Shown: positions 1-11,752, counted from the first letter of the stretch. The stretch: DNA of 64,000 bases from an uncultured Gammaproteobacteria bacterium (GCA_963773065.1 CAVYZN010000002.1:1-64000); one strand, 5' to 3'. Numbers and translations: made by a program. The notes: generated by a model not told the origin, from the letters alone.

Positions 1-10
1 CCGGTACGCC

Positions 11-2289
11 ATGTACGAAAGGCATTATGTAAGATGCGCTTCTACCACCTGACGGCAACCCCTTTTAGGCTTACGCCTGATCCGAAATTCTGTTTCAGCC
101 ATCCAGGTTACGCGGAGGCTCGCGCTTACCTGCAATACGCCTTCGAGCTGGGAGAAGGCTCGTGCATATTGACGGGGCGCCCGGGGACCGGCAAGACAAC
201 ATTGATCGAAAGTTTCCTAAAGGAACTCGAAGACGATCCATACGCATAGGCAAGAATTGTACCCGCCAATCTTGAAACGACCGATCTCCTGCGTTCGGTT
301 GCTTTCGTCTACGATATCCAGGCCGCAGGCCTCGACAAGGCGACACTACTCAGGTGTATAGCGCAGTATTTCTCCACCCTGATGCATCGCGGCAGGCGAG
401 TGTGTCTGGTCATCGATGAAGCCCAGGGGCTTTCGCACAGCGCGCTCGAGGAATTGCGCCTGCTCGCGGACCTGCAGGAGGGTGCGCGCCCACTGCTGCA
501 GATATTTCTCGTTGGGCAGGAAAAACTGCGCAGTCTCATGCGCGAACCCGACATGGAGCAACTGCGGCAACGCGTGATCGGGACCTGTCGACTCGGACCG
601 ATGGGGCTTGCGGAGACTAAAAACTATGTACGACACCGTCTGTGCCGGGCCGGCTGGACCGGCGATCCCGAACTGACGGGGGCGGCGATTCTGGCTATTT
701 TTCAATACAGCGGCGGTGTGCCGCGACACATAAACAAGATGTGCACGCGGCTGCTATTGTACGGCTTTCTGCAAAGCCAACATATCCTCGACAAGGAGGA
801 TGTTGTGAGCTGTTGCGCTCGAGCTAGACGAGGAACATCTCTACCCCGTGTGTAATGGACAGAGCAATCCCGGCGAGGCGGAAGGAGACGCCGGGCGGGT
901 GTCGTTGCAGGATGAGTCCATTTCGCTGTCCGACCTGGAGGTGCGAGCGCTGCAGTGTTCAGGTGACGCGCTGCCGCCATCTGCGCCAGCAGGAGACCAA
1001 CAAAGGCGCAGCGGCATCGATTTCACGCAGCGAACCAGCACCCGGCGACACATCGGGTCGCGCCCCCGCGCCCGCCGCCGAGGGGATACGTCAGGCCGAA
1101 TGCGGCGCAGCCCCGGCGTGCTGTCTTTAACGCTGCCCAGCACAGCGGCAGTATGCCCGCAGCGTGGGTTTTTGTCCCGCCTGCTCAAGCTGCAGGAAAA
1201 ACCAGCGGTATTGTTCGGTGTGGTGGCCGCCGTTACCGTAACCGCCGCGGCGCTGACCTCCTATGTCGAGCGCCACGCCGTTGAACAAAGTAGTTTGTTT
1301 GTCGTGAATTCGCCCGCCATTGCAATCTCAACCGTCCGCGACTCATGCTGGTGAGAACCAGAGGCAGCCGATCCGCAAGGCGCCCAGCCGGAGTTGCAGG
1401 GACAGGATGTTCCCAGGCGCAGCATCTGTTCAAAGGGTGAACAGGCAGGTTCCGGTGGTTCAGACGCCTGGGGAAACCGGCATCGATGTCGCCAGCCGGG
1501 TATCGCAACCGTCCGCGCTGGTATCCGCGACACCCGTCGAGGTATCGCCGGCAGCCGTAGCTGGACAAGGTGACAACGGGTCGGGTAATGCAGCGCAGCC
1601 GGCTGGGCACGACGATGATGCGGGCGCCCAGGGCGGCGCACAGTCTGTCTCTTCCGTGGCGGTGAAAAGTCCCGCTGTGTCGCCGCCGGACAGATTGAGT
1701 TCAGACGGCCAGACCCAGGTCGTTGAACCCGCGCGTTCAGCGGATTCGGACAAGTCCTCCCGTCGACACGGCGATGACGGATGCTTCCGGCCCCGCAGCA
1801 CGCGCTGTCACGCCCGCTACCGGTGATTCACATCAGCCGCTTTCGAGCGGGCAAACGGTGGTATCAGCGGTCTCAGCCAAAGAGAGAATCACCAGGCAGC
1901 TGGAGCTGGCAGGAGTAGCCCTGCGCGAAGACCGCCTACTGACCCCGGCGCATCACAGCGCCTACAGTTATTATCAGCAAGTGCTGTCACTGGAGCCGGG
2001 TAACGCTGGCGAGGCCCGCGGCGGATTGAGGCAAATTGTGGAACGTTATGTCACGCTGACCAAGTATGCTATTCAGCGGCAGGATAAAATCAATGCAAAC
2101 CGGTATATCACCCGCGCTCTGCGTGTCCGGCCCGGCGACAGGCGCCTGCTGGCGTTGAAAGACAGCATGAACACGATGTCAGTCAGCACGCAGCCCAAGC
2201 CAGACAGCGCCGCTTGAGTCCCTCAGCAGGAAACGGAGACGCCGAGGAACGTTTTTCAGCGACTGAAGGACTTTTTTTCAGGAAATTAA
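11..2289 (+). CDS. ExeA/GspA-family AAA ATPase with long linker and C-terminal TPR-like segment, split by several frameshifts
   Basis: PFRLTPDPKF start, Walker A GRPGTGKTT (34..249), Walker B LVIDEAQ and FLVGQ...LRQRV...YSGGVPRHINK (382..855); hydrophobic segment near 1200-1260; LLTPAHHSAYSYYQQVLSLEPGN motif in 1723..2217. Confidence 0.75.
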
Positions 2290-2398
2290 CCCGAATCCCG
2301 GGGAGAACATCTTCAGGAGCCGGACAGTAACTGGTGACAACTGGCCAGACCCTGTGTATGGCGAATACGTAATATTCACCTGAATACGATGACTTGAA

Positions 2399-2722
2399 TC
2401 AATCGAGTCCGACCCTTTTGATTTCCGCGTCCGGCGAGCCCAGCGGCGCCACATCGGCCACAAGGGATTCGTTACCAACCGGTGTTTGCGTATCGCTGAC
2501 AAATTGCTCCAGTATCAGCAGATCGCCCGCATCCAGTTGACCGTCCGGGCTACCGCGCGCCGCAAGATCACCGGCTGTTAATGTAGCGGCATTAACAACA
2601 GAAAGCGTCGAGAAGAAAACGATTGAAAGCAGAGCGTCTGTCACCAGCCAACGAAAACTGGTCAAGTGATTCCGCTTACATATGATCCCTTCTTGTTTTT
2701 GTTTTTCTGTTCCGATTGGCAT
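2399..2722 (-). CDS. Secreted protein with dockerin-like (duplicated EF-hand) domain, apparently 3'-truncated
   Basis: Hydrophobic signal ending VNAA, then GDLAARGSPDGQLDAGDLLIL and a second repeat ADVAPLGSPDAEI; the frame ends abruptly within the GGGTCGGA motif at about 2405-2420. Confidence 0.55.
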   Translation of the reverse strand: MPIGTEKQKQEGIICKRNHLTSFRWLVTDALLSIVFFSTLSVVNAATLTAGDLAARGSPDGQLDAGDLLILEQFVSDTQTPVGNESLVADVAPLGSPDAEIKRVGLD

Positions 2723-2923
2723 CTCCCCCTCCCTAAGAAGCCAACAATGTCGGTCGGTCCGATAATGAAATCATGATGTTGTGTGACTATAACCCCCACG
2801 AATCAACTGGAATACGGTGAAATAAGTGTAGACAAGCATCCAAGGCCTGTCCACGTAAAGGCACACGTAAAGGGGTGACCCCTTTGCTCTTTACTCTCTG
2901 CCCGTGGTGGCGGGACGAATGGG

Positions 2924-4582
2924 TCAGTCGCTGCCGATCCGGACGGCGCGGCCCAGGTCGCTGACCTGCGCGTCCCGGTCGCGACGGGCTTCAGCTCCAA
3001 GCTGTGCTCGATCGTCGCCATGATCGAGGTAGTGTCGTAGACCGTGTGGTCCACGCCCGAGCACCGCAATCGAGCGCGGACCAGCAGCGCCGGGATGCGG
3101 GTGCCGGGGCCCAAGGCGTCGTGGGCGCCCCGGGTGGGCGTGCCCTGCTCCGGGCGGCGCCACGTGGTCCCACTGGCCGCCGAACTCGTCGTACGTCACG
3201 ACCACGAGGGTGTCCTTGGCCTGCGGGCCGGTGGTGGCGGCCTTGAGCAGGTCGACCAGGTGGTCGCTGCCGTCGGGCTCGCTGGCGTAGCCGGGGTGCT
3301 CGTTCTCGGCGCCGTACGGCTTGACGAAGCTGACCGGCCGGCAGCGTGCCCGGCCGGGCGGCGGCGAGGAACGTCCGTCTCGTCCTGCAGGTGGGCGCGG
3401 CCGGGCTGTGCCGGGGGCGTAGTTGGTGAAGTAGTTGAACGGCTGGTGGTGGTACTGGAACAGCGGGCCGGGGTGCCCGGCGGCGGCGTCGTCCCAGCCG
3501 CCGGAGTACCAGTTCCAGCGACACGCCTCGGCGCTCAGCCGGTCGCCGATGTTGGGGTACTTCGCGTCGTCGATCAGCGGGAGCTTGGCGCCGGTGCCGA
3601 ACGGGGCGCTGGAGGGCTGCACCGTGTTGACCGCGTAGTCGCCACAGGCCCGGCCGGAGTCGGCGGTCGCGCGTCGGCGCAGGCCTGGGTGAGCTGCCCG
3701 TCGACGACGTCGGGGCTGGTGGGCTTGTAGAGCGGGTAGGTGTTGGGCATCCCGTTGCTGTCGAGCACCGAGTGCAGCCGTCTTCGGCCGAGGCCCGCCG
3801 CCGCTGGTGTCGATCGGGCGCCCGCGCCGCGATGAGGTACTGGTGGTTGAGGAACGAGCCGCCGAAGGCCGCCTGGAAGAAGTGGTCGGCGAGGACGTAG
3901 TTCGGCGCACCCTTGCCGTGCAGGTAGCGGTAGATCGGCAGCGGCCTGGTGTCGTAGTGGCCCATGGGTCAGCCCGACCGCGTCGGAGCCGGTGACGTAG
4001 CGGTCCTGCTGGCCGCCGTCGATCTGGTACTGCTCCTGGTAGAAGCGGTGCACCAGGTCCCGGGTGCAGCCGCCGGGCGGGCGCCGGGTGCCCTTCGGGA
4101 CGCCGTTCGGGGGCGAAGACGCCGGGCGCCGGGCAGGTCGTTGTCGGTCGGCCCGATGTAGTCGTCGATCGAGAACGGCTGGTTGACGAAGGCGCTGGCC
4201 GGCACCCCGTGGCCGCGTCGGCGCAGGTCGCCGCAGCGGCGGGGAGGTGAGGTTGACGTCGTTCTGCAGCAGGCAGGGGTACGGCGTGCCGTTCTGGGCG
4301 ACCTGGGTCGTGCGCGGCGTCGGGGGCGCCTGCGAGGCCGTCCACCCGGTCGCCGCCGACCGTCCCCCAGGTGCCGTAGAGGTTGTCGAAGGAGTGGTTC
4401 TCCTCGTAGATCACCACGAGGTGACGGAAGTCGCCGACCACCGTGGGGCCGTGCCGGTCGGACGTGCCCGACCCGGTGGGCTGGGCCATGGCCGACGGCG
4501 CAAGCGCCAACCCGGTGACGGCGAGGGTCACCGCCGCGGCCAACGGCACCGCGGGCCGGCGGGTGAGAGCAGATCGAATCAC
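2924..4582 (-). CDS. Phosphoesterase family (acid phosphatase AcpA/phospholipase C-like) secreted enzyme, frameshifted
   Basis: Signal peptide, HLVVIYEENHSFDNLYG, HRFYQEQYQI, DHFFQAAFGGSFLNHQYLIAA, FQYHHQPFNYF, NEHPGYA, VTYDEFGGQWDHVAPP and YDTTSIMATIE motifs spread over three frames. Confidence 0.85.
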   Translation of the reverse strand: MIRSALTRRPAVPLAAAVTLAVTGLALAPSAMAQPTGSGTSDRHGPTVVGDFRHLVVIYEENHSFDNLYGTWGTVGGDRVDGLAGAPDAAHDPGRPERHAVPLPAAERRQPHLPAAAATCADAATGCRPAPSSTSRSRSTTTSGRPTTTCPAPGVFAPERRPEGHPAPARRLHPGPGAPLLPGAVPDRRRPAGPLRHRLRRGRADPWATTTPGRCRSTATCTARVRRTTSSPTTSSRRPSAARSSTTSTSSRRGRPIDTSGGGPRPKTAALGARQQRDAQHLPALQAHQPRRRRRAAHPGLRRRATADSGRACGDYAVNTVQPSSAPFGTGAKLPLIDDAKYPNIGDRLSAEACRWNWYSGGWDDAAAGHPGPLFQYHHQPFNYFTNYAPGTARPRPPAGRDGRSSPPPGRARCRPVSFVKPYGAENEHPGYASEPDGSDHLVDLLKAATTGPQAKDTLVVVTYDEFGGQWDHVAPPGAGHAHPGRPRRLGPRHPHPGAAGPRSIAVLGRGPHGLRHYLDHGDDRAQLGAEARRDRDAQVSDLGRAVRIGSD

Positions 4583-4693
4583 AAGTGCTCCACGACAACG
4601 GTGACAGGGATAGGGAGTTTAAACCGCCCATTTCGCGAGAATCAACCAGAAGAATGGGAAGAAAGGCCGTCCATGATCGTCGCCGCTAGCCAT

Positions 4694-4722
4694 TTGACAT
4701 ATTACGCGACGCGGAATAGCCT
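4694..4722 (+). promoter_or_regulatory. Sigma70-type promoter with overlapping palindromic operator for the higB-like gene
   Basis: TTGACA (4694-4699)-17 nt-TAGCCT (4717-4722); imperfect palindrome ATTACGCG-A-CGCGGAAT (4701-4717) in the spacer, as in autoregulated TA promoters. Confidence 0.6.
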
Positions 4723-4730
4723 GAGCGCAC

Positions 4731-4953
4731 ATGATCCGTTCTTTCCGCTGTCGGGACACCAAGGCGCTGTTCAACGACCGCGATGTGCCGCGGTTTCGGG
4801 CGTTTGAACGTATTGCGCGTCGCAAGTTACTGTACCTGCATCGCGCTAGGCGCCTCGATGATTTAAGAGTGCCGCCGGGGAACCGGCTTGAAGCCCTGAA
4901 GGGAAACCGGAAAGGCCAATACAGCATCCGCGTCAATGACCAATATCGAATCA
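4731..4953 (+). pseudogene. higB: HigB-like (RelE superfamily) toxin, C-terminally truncated; no cognate higA
   Basis: MIRSFRCRDTKALF...LDDLRVPPGNRLEALKGNRKGQYSIRVNDQYRI, then resemblance is lost; ORF reads on to 5039 through unrelated sequence. Confidence 0.8.
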
Positions 4954-4979
4954 GCGAAATGGGGCCGGATATATATCTA

Positions 4980-6055
4980 AAAGTAGGAAATTTAGAGGAT
5001 GGCTTGCATGGGAGAAAACTACAAGCAGTTGAGCATTGAAGAACGGACGATGATCCAGACACAACTGGAGATGGGAATCAAACCGGCGACGATTGCCTTG
5101 GGTTTGAATCGCTCGGCATCGACGCTTTCTCGCGAACTCCATCGCAATGGCCGGACTCGCCCAAGAGCGCGTCGCGGCCCTGGAAGAGCGCCGGTGGCAG
5201 GCGGCTACCGTGCTGATGCCGCCCACCGGCGCGCCCGGATCTGCACGGTTACACCCCGCGTTGATCGCGTGCGGCCGGGAACGGCCCTGTGGAAGCCTGT
5301 CCTGCGCTACCTGAAAGCGGGCTACTCGCCGGAGCAGATTGCTGGCACACTGGCGGTTGTGCATCCTGAAACGCCTGCGTTGCAGGTTTCTCACGAAACA
5401 TGTAACCGCGATCTACGCCATTTTTGCCCCGTGGCGAATTGTGCACGCAAGTGATTGGCTGGCTGCGCTTCGGTCACGCCAAACGCCGACCGCGCGCGCG
5501 GGGCCAGGACCGGCGGGGACGGATCCCTGACAGGGTCAGTATTCATGAACGCCCGCCTGAGGTCGAAGAGCGACTGGTGCCAGGGCAGTGGGAGGCTGAG
5601 CGCATCGAGGGCGCGCACAACCGCTCCGCTGTTGGCACGCGGTGGAGCGCACGACTTGTTCACGATGCTATCCCGATGGACAATGCCGTGCCGAATCGGC
5701 GCTGAGGGCTTTAACGTCTCAATCGTATCGAAGCGCAAAAGCCCAGTCGTTGACTACGATCAGGACCGGGAGATGGCGGCACATCAGTGGTTGACAGAAG
5801 CGACCGGTGTGAAAGACTACTTTGCCGATCCTCACAGCGCCTCGTATCGGGGCATCAACGAGAACACACAATCCTGCGCTTCAGTACGTGAAGGGAAACA
5901 ATCTGAGCGGATGAATTAACTCTCGAAGGAATGGATGCGATTGCTCAAATTCGGGGACTACCCGACCGCGCAAATCCCTGGGCTTCAAGTGTCCCGCCGA
6001 GTTGTTCACTCCGGACGCTTTGACTTCAGGCAGCATCATGCTGCACTTTTTGCGC
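4980..6055 (+). mobile_element. IS30-family element, degraded transposase
   Basis: ATG 5008: MGENYKQLSIEER...LNRSASTLSRELHRNG (HTH), YSPEQIAG, VSHET, SIHERPPEVEERLVPGQWE, YDQDREMA, YFADPHS...RGINENT; multiple frameshifts and stops. Confidence 0.85.
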
Positions 6056-6212
6056 CTATGTCAGGATGATCGACAAGTGTCTCGACCCGTTGAAATACCT
6101 CAGCTACCAATCGTTCACCGATATCGGACACGCCCTGCCCCGCATACCAGGCCTTGATCTCCTCCAGATCGCGCAATGCCGACGCTGCGAAGCTGATAAC
6201 AACCCGCGGCAT
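6036..6212 (-). pseudogene. ParE/RelE-family toxin, C-terminally truncated (58 aa, not in ORF track)
   Basis: Manual translation MPRVVISFAASALRDLEEIKAWYAGQGVSDIGERLVAEVFQRVETLVDHPDIG then AKSAA* inside the IS30 end; starts 4 nt after the antitoxin stop. Confidence 0.75.
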
Positions 6213-6216
6213 TGAT

Positions 6217-6486
6217 CTACTTCAATCCCAGCCGCTTCCTGGCTGCTGCAAGGGAAACTTCTCGTCCTTCTTCCAGATCAGCCAGACCCTCCACGACCGC
6301 ACGCATGAAGGCGCGCTCCTCCACCGTTTGTTCAAAATCAGCCACGGACTGGACCACGGCAACACCGCGACCGCGGCTGGTAAGGAGTACTGGCCGATGC
6401 ACATCCGCTACATGTTTCACCACACGACCAGGATTGGTTTTCAGATCGGTAAGCGGAATGACATCCTCTGAAAATTTCGTGCTCAT
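6217..6486 (-). CDS. Phd/YefM-family antitoxin
   Basis: FSEDVIPLTDLKTNPGRVV...RPVLLTSRGRGVAVVQS...GLADLEEGR; directly upstream of ParE-like gene. Confidence 0.85.
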   Translation of the reverse strand: MSTKFSEDVIPLTDLKTNPGRVVKHVADVHRPVLLTSRGRGVAVVQSVADFEQTVEERAFMRAVVEGLADLEEGREVSLAAARKRLGLK

Positions 6487-6507
6487 GGCAACTCCGAATA
6501 AGCTATT

Positions 6508-6552
6508 AACAGGTCTTATAATAGCACCTGTAAATGCATTATCAACAGGTCT
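6508..6552 (-). promoter_or_regulatory. Promoter/operator region of the phd-parE operon
   Basis: ACAGGT (6509), ACCTGT (6526) and ACAGGT (6545) boxes; minus-strand TTGATA-16 nt-TATTAT. Confidence 0.45.
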
Positions 6553-6939
6553 CTTATTGATAGGGACAAACGTTTGCGTGGCGAATTCGTAATTGTCACC
6601 CGAAACCGCTGATCTGGATGGTCTTGTCCCTGAAAAGGGGTCGGATACATTTCAACGATGCACAACTGATCCACGCAAAATCCCCGCAGGATTATTTGGC
6701 GTAGATGAATTCGTTCATATAGCGGTAAAACCAACCGGAGAGTGCGTGTACAAAAGCGATGGAAAGTCTTAATGCCATGGCTCACTACATCAAATGAGCA
6801 TCCATAATACGGATCGGGGACACTATCCTGCGGTTCGCGCGAATGTTTGCGCCCTGCGGGAGCGGCGACAGGTGACCGATCTTCGCTTCCAAATTCAGAC
6901 GGCGGCCGTGACCGACGTCGTTGATGACACCTCACCGCG

Positions 6940-8420
6940 CTACACGCCGTTGCGCCACTCCGTGTCCTCGGAGTCGAACAGGCGGTTCGATTCCTCGGGA
7001 CCCCAGGAGCCGGCAGTGTACGTGTGGATGAAGTCCCGCTCCTGAGCCCAGTCCTTCAGGATCGGGTCCACCACCCGCCAGGCCCATTCCACCTCATCGA
7101 ACCGGATGAACAGCGTCTTGTCCCCCGCGATCACGTCCAGCAGCAGGACCTCGTAGGCGTCCAGGGGTTGCTCGTCGGCGCGGCGGTAGCCGGCGTTCAG
7201 GCGCACCACGCGGGTGTTCATGTCCAGGCCCGGCTGTTTGGCGTGGATCTCCATGTGCATGCTCTCCTCCGGCTGGATGGAGAGCACGATCCAGTTGGGC
7301 TCCAGGTCTCCAGGGGGGTCTCCCGGAAGAGCTGCTGGGGCGGATGCCGGAGGCGGATGGCGATCATGCTCATGGTCTGCTTCAGGCGCTTGCCGGTGCG
7401 CAGGTAGAAGGGCACGCCGCGCCAGCGCCAGTTGTCGATGTAGAGCTTGGCACAGGCATAGGTCTCGGTGACCGAGTCGGGCTCCACCCCCGGCTCGTTC
7501 TGGTAGCCCTGGATTTGCCGGCCCTGCACCACGCCGGACGTGTATTGGGCGCGGAAGGCGTGGGCGTGCACGGCGCCCTTGGAGATCGGGCGGATGGAGC
7601 GCAGCACCTTGACCTTTTCGTCGCGCAGGGCGTCGGCCTCAAGGGCCGGCGGCGGTTCCATGGCCACCAGGGTCAGCAGTTGCATCAGATGGTTCTGCAG
7701 CATGTCCCGCAGGGCACCCGCCTTGTCATAATAATCGGCGCGCTGCTCGATGCCCGCCTCCTCGGCCACGGTGATCTGCACGTGATCGACGAAGTTGCGA
7801 TTCCACAGGGGCTCGATAAGGGTATTGGCGAACCGGAACACCAGCAAGTTCTGCACCGTCTCCTTGCCGAGGTAATGGTCGATACGAAACACCTGGCTCT
7901 CGTCGAAATAGCGGTGCAGCAGCTTGTTGAGCACCTGAGCTGATTCGATGTCCTGACCGAAGGGCTTTTCCACCACGATGCGGTGCAGGCCCCGGGGCTC
8001 GGAGAGCCCCACGTCGTCCAGGTTTTTTATCACGGGCGAGAAGTCGTTGGGCTTGATCGCCAGGTAGAACACGATGTTGGAGCACGACCCCAGCTTCGGC
8101 TTGGCCAGCAGCGCCTTAAGCCGAGCATAGGCCTCGGTGTCGTGCAGCTCGCCGCGCAGATACTCGAAGCGCGAAACGAAGTGTTCCAGTCGCTCCCCCT
8201 CGGCCTTGACCAACCGGACCAGCAGTTCCCGCACGTGGGTGCGCCAGGCCGAGTCATCCCATTCGCGCCGGCCAAAGGCGACGACGTTGAGGCCCTCCGG
8301 CAGCTTCCCGGCGAGCTCCAGCCGGTACAGCGCCGGCAGCAGCTTGTTGGAGGCCAGGTTGCCCGTGGCGCCGAAGATGACGAAGTTGCATGGAGGTAGT
8401 GGCATTTCGACGTCGAGCAT
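6940..8420 (-). CDS. zwf: Glucose-6-phosphate 1-dehydrogenase (copy 1), frameshift near 7310
   Basis: [51 protein letters not shown]. Confidence 0.93.
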
Positions 8421-8561
8421 CTTAGACTCCCGTTACGGAATGATAGCTGGTCACAGCAGCAGGATCATTGGGGTAAACTGGATATTCATGATCATCCCGG
8501 TAACTCCTATCGGTCGTCGTAGATCCACGGGGGACTGGGGCAACCCGCGCACCTCCATGGC

Positions 8562-9550
<989 letters not shown>

Positions 9551-9566
9551 GTCAACTCCTCCTCAC

Positions 9567-10584
9567 TCAGGCTCTCGAGCGCGAGCGCTCACGCGGCCTC
9601 GTCACAGGCGGTGCCATGAACTCTGGCGAGACGGGATCCGTGATGCAGCGCTTCAGGATCGCATCGATGTCCCGCTTGCTCGCCTCGTCGATTTGCCAGC
9701 CGTCGATCTCGCCGATCGGATCGAGCTGCTCGGGACGCCGGGCACCCCACAGTGCGATGGTCGGCCCCTGATCGAGCACCCATCGCAGCGCGAGTGCCAG
9801 CACCGATTTGCCGAAACGTTCCCGTGCGAGTTCCTCGAGTTCATCAACTGCGGCGAGATACTGGCGGAAGCGCGCGCCTTGGAATTTCGGGTCGACGTTG
9901 CGCAGATCATCGCCCTCGAATGTCTGTCTCCGGTACTCATGCGTCCGCTGAGCAGCCCGCGGCACAGCGCCCCATAGCTCAGCACGGTGAGGCCGGCGTC
10001 CCTGGCATAGGGCAACACGTCCGACCTCGATCTCGCGCTCGAACAGATTATAGGGCGACTGCACGGCATCGAGCTTTGCCGCGGCGCGGAAGGCGTTCAT
10101 CTGCGCGGGCGAAAAGTTGCTGACGCCGATCGCCCGGATCTTGCCCTCGCGGCGCAGGGTCTCCAGCGTCCGCGCGGTCTCCGCAAACGGCGTCTCAAGA
10201 TCGGGCCAATGCACCTGATAGAGATCGATGACCTCTGTGCGAAGCCGCCGCAGACGAATCCTCGATTTCCTGGCGGATGCGGGCCGGACGGGAATCGCGG
10301 AATGGCTTGCCGTCCTTCCACGACAGGCCGACCTTGGTGGCGATCTGTACCTTCTCGCGCAATCCGCCCTCGGCGAGCGCCTTGCCGACGATCTCTTCGG
10401 ACCGGCCGAAGCCGTAGACCGGCGCGGTATCGATCAGCGTCACGCCCCGCTCCACCGCGGCGCGGATGGTCGCGATCGATTGCGCCTCGTCGGTACCGCC
10501 CCACATCCAGCCGCCGATCGCCCAGGTGCCGAGGCCGATACGCGATGTCTTCAAACCGGACGTACCAATTGCAATGTGTTCCAT
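9567..10584 (-). CDS. Aldo/keto reductase (YhdN/general stress protein 69-like), frameshifted
   Basis: IGLGTWAIGGWMWGG, DTAPVYGFG, HWPD, GKIRAIGVSNF, PYNLFERE, LWGARRPEQL. Confidence 0.88.
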
Positions 10585-10593
10585 GGTCTAACC

Positions 10594-11530
10594 TCATGAG
10601 AAGTCAGAAACGACGGATGTGCGAATCGAGAAATCGACCGTGTCAGTCCCCCGCAAACCCGCATCCTTCGCCGCAAGCCCGCCGATCGCCGACCAGTCGA
10701 GCTTGTCTCCGCCATGGGCAAGCAGTGTCAGGAAGCGGTCGCGAAGGAGGCTGGCGAGCGGCATGGGCACGCGCAGATCTTCGGCGGCCGCAAGCGCCAG
10801 TCGAATATCCTTCTGGCCGAGGGGCGCCGCAAAACCGGCAGGTTCGAATCTTCCATCGGCGATCAACCCGCCATAGGTCTTGTAGACCGGGACATCGAAC
10901 AGCGTCGAGGTCAGGAAGTCGATATATTGCCGCCGGTCGACGCCGGCCTTGCCGACAAGCGCCATGGCCTCGCCAAGCGATTCGATGATGGAAGCGATCA
11001 GGAAGTTGCCGCTGAGCTTCACGAGGTTGGCGGTCTTCGGCGTCGCGGCGACGACGAAGGTCTTCTGCCCTATGGCCTCGAAGAGCGGCGCCGCGGCTTC
11101 GACCGCATCCGGCTCACCGGCGGCGATGACGAAGAGTTGGCCCGCGGCCGCCACGTCAGGGCGGCCGAACACCGGCGCCGCGACGATAACGCTGTCCTGC
11201 CTTGGCGTGGGCCGCTGTCAGTCTTTCCGACAAGGCGACACTGATCGTGCTGGAGGAAACATGGATCGCGCCCTGCCGGCAGGCTGTCGATGATGCCGTC
11301 GTTTCCCAGGAACGACGCTCTCGACGGCATCGTCATTTGCCAGCATGGTGATGACGGCATCGCCCCGGCAGGCATCAGAAACGTTGGCGGCGGCCGTCGC
11401 GCCCTGCGCAACCAGCGCTTCAGCCTTCGGCGGCGTCCGGTTATAGACGGTCACGTCGATGGCCGGCTTTCAAGAGATTGGCCGCCATGCCTGCGCCCAT
11501 GCGCCCGAGTCCGATAAAGCCGACGTTCAT
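10594..11530 (-). CDS. NAD(P)-dependent oxidoreductase, 3-hydroxyisobutyrate dehydrogenase/6-PGDH family, frameshifted
   Basis: [51 protein letters not shown]. Confidence 0.85.
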
Positions 11531-11548
11531 GGTCTTACTCCTTCGTAG

Positions 11549-11710
11549 TCATCCGTCGTGGGGTGAAGTCCGCATTGCGAACGAATTGCTGGTCAAACTG
11601 GGAATACAGATATCCCCTCGATACGGTACGAAAGTATCTGCCCAAATGCCCGCCTGGAAAATCGCGCAACGATCAACGAAGGTGGCACAAATTTTTGCGG
11701 ACCACAGCCC
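11549..11710 (+). mobile_element. Fragment of an integrase-core (rve) transposase
   Basis: HPSWGEVRIANELLVKLGIQISP(R)TVRKYLPK...DQRRWHKFLR resembles the HTH-to-rve linker of these transposases. Confidence 0.6.
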
Positions 11711-11752
11711 TGCCGCTTCCTGAGGAAAGCGACGCAAAATTTATAGCAAAAT

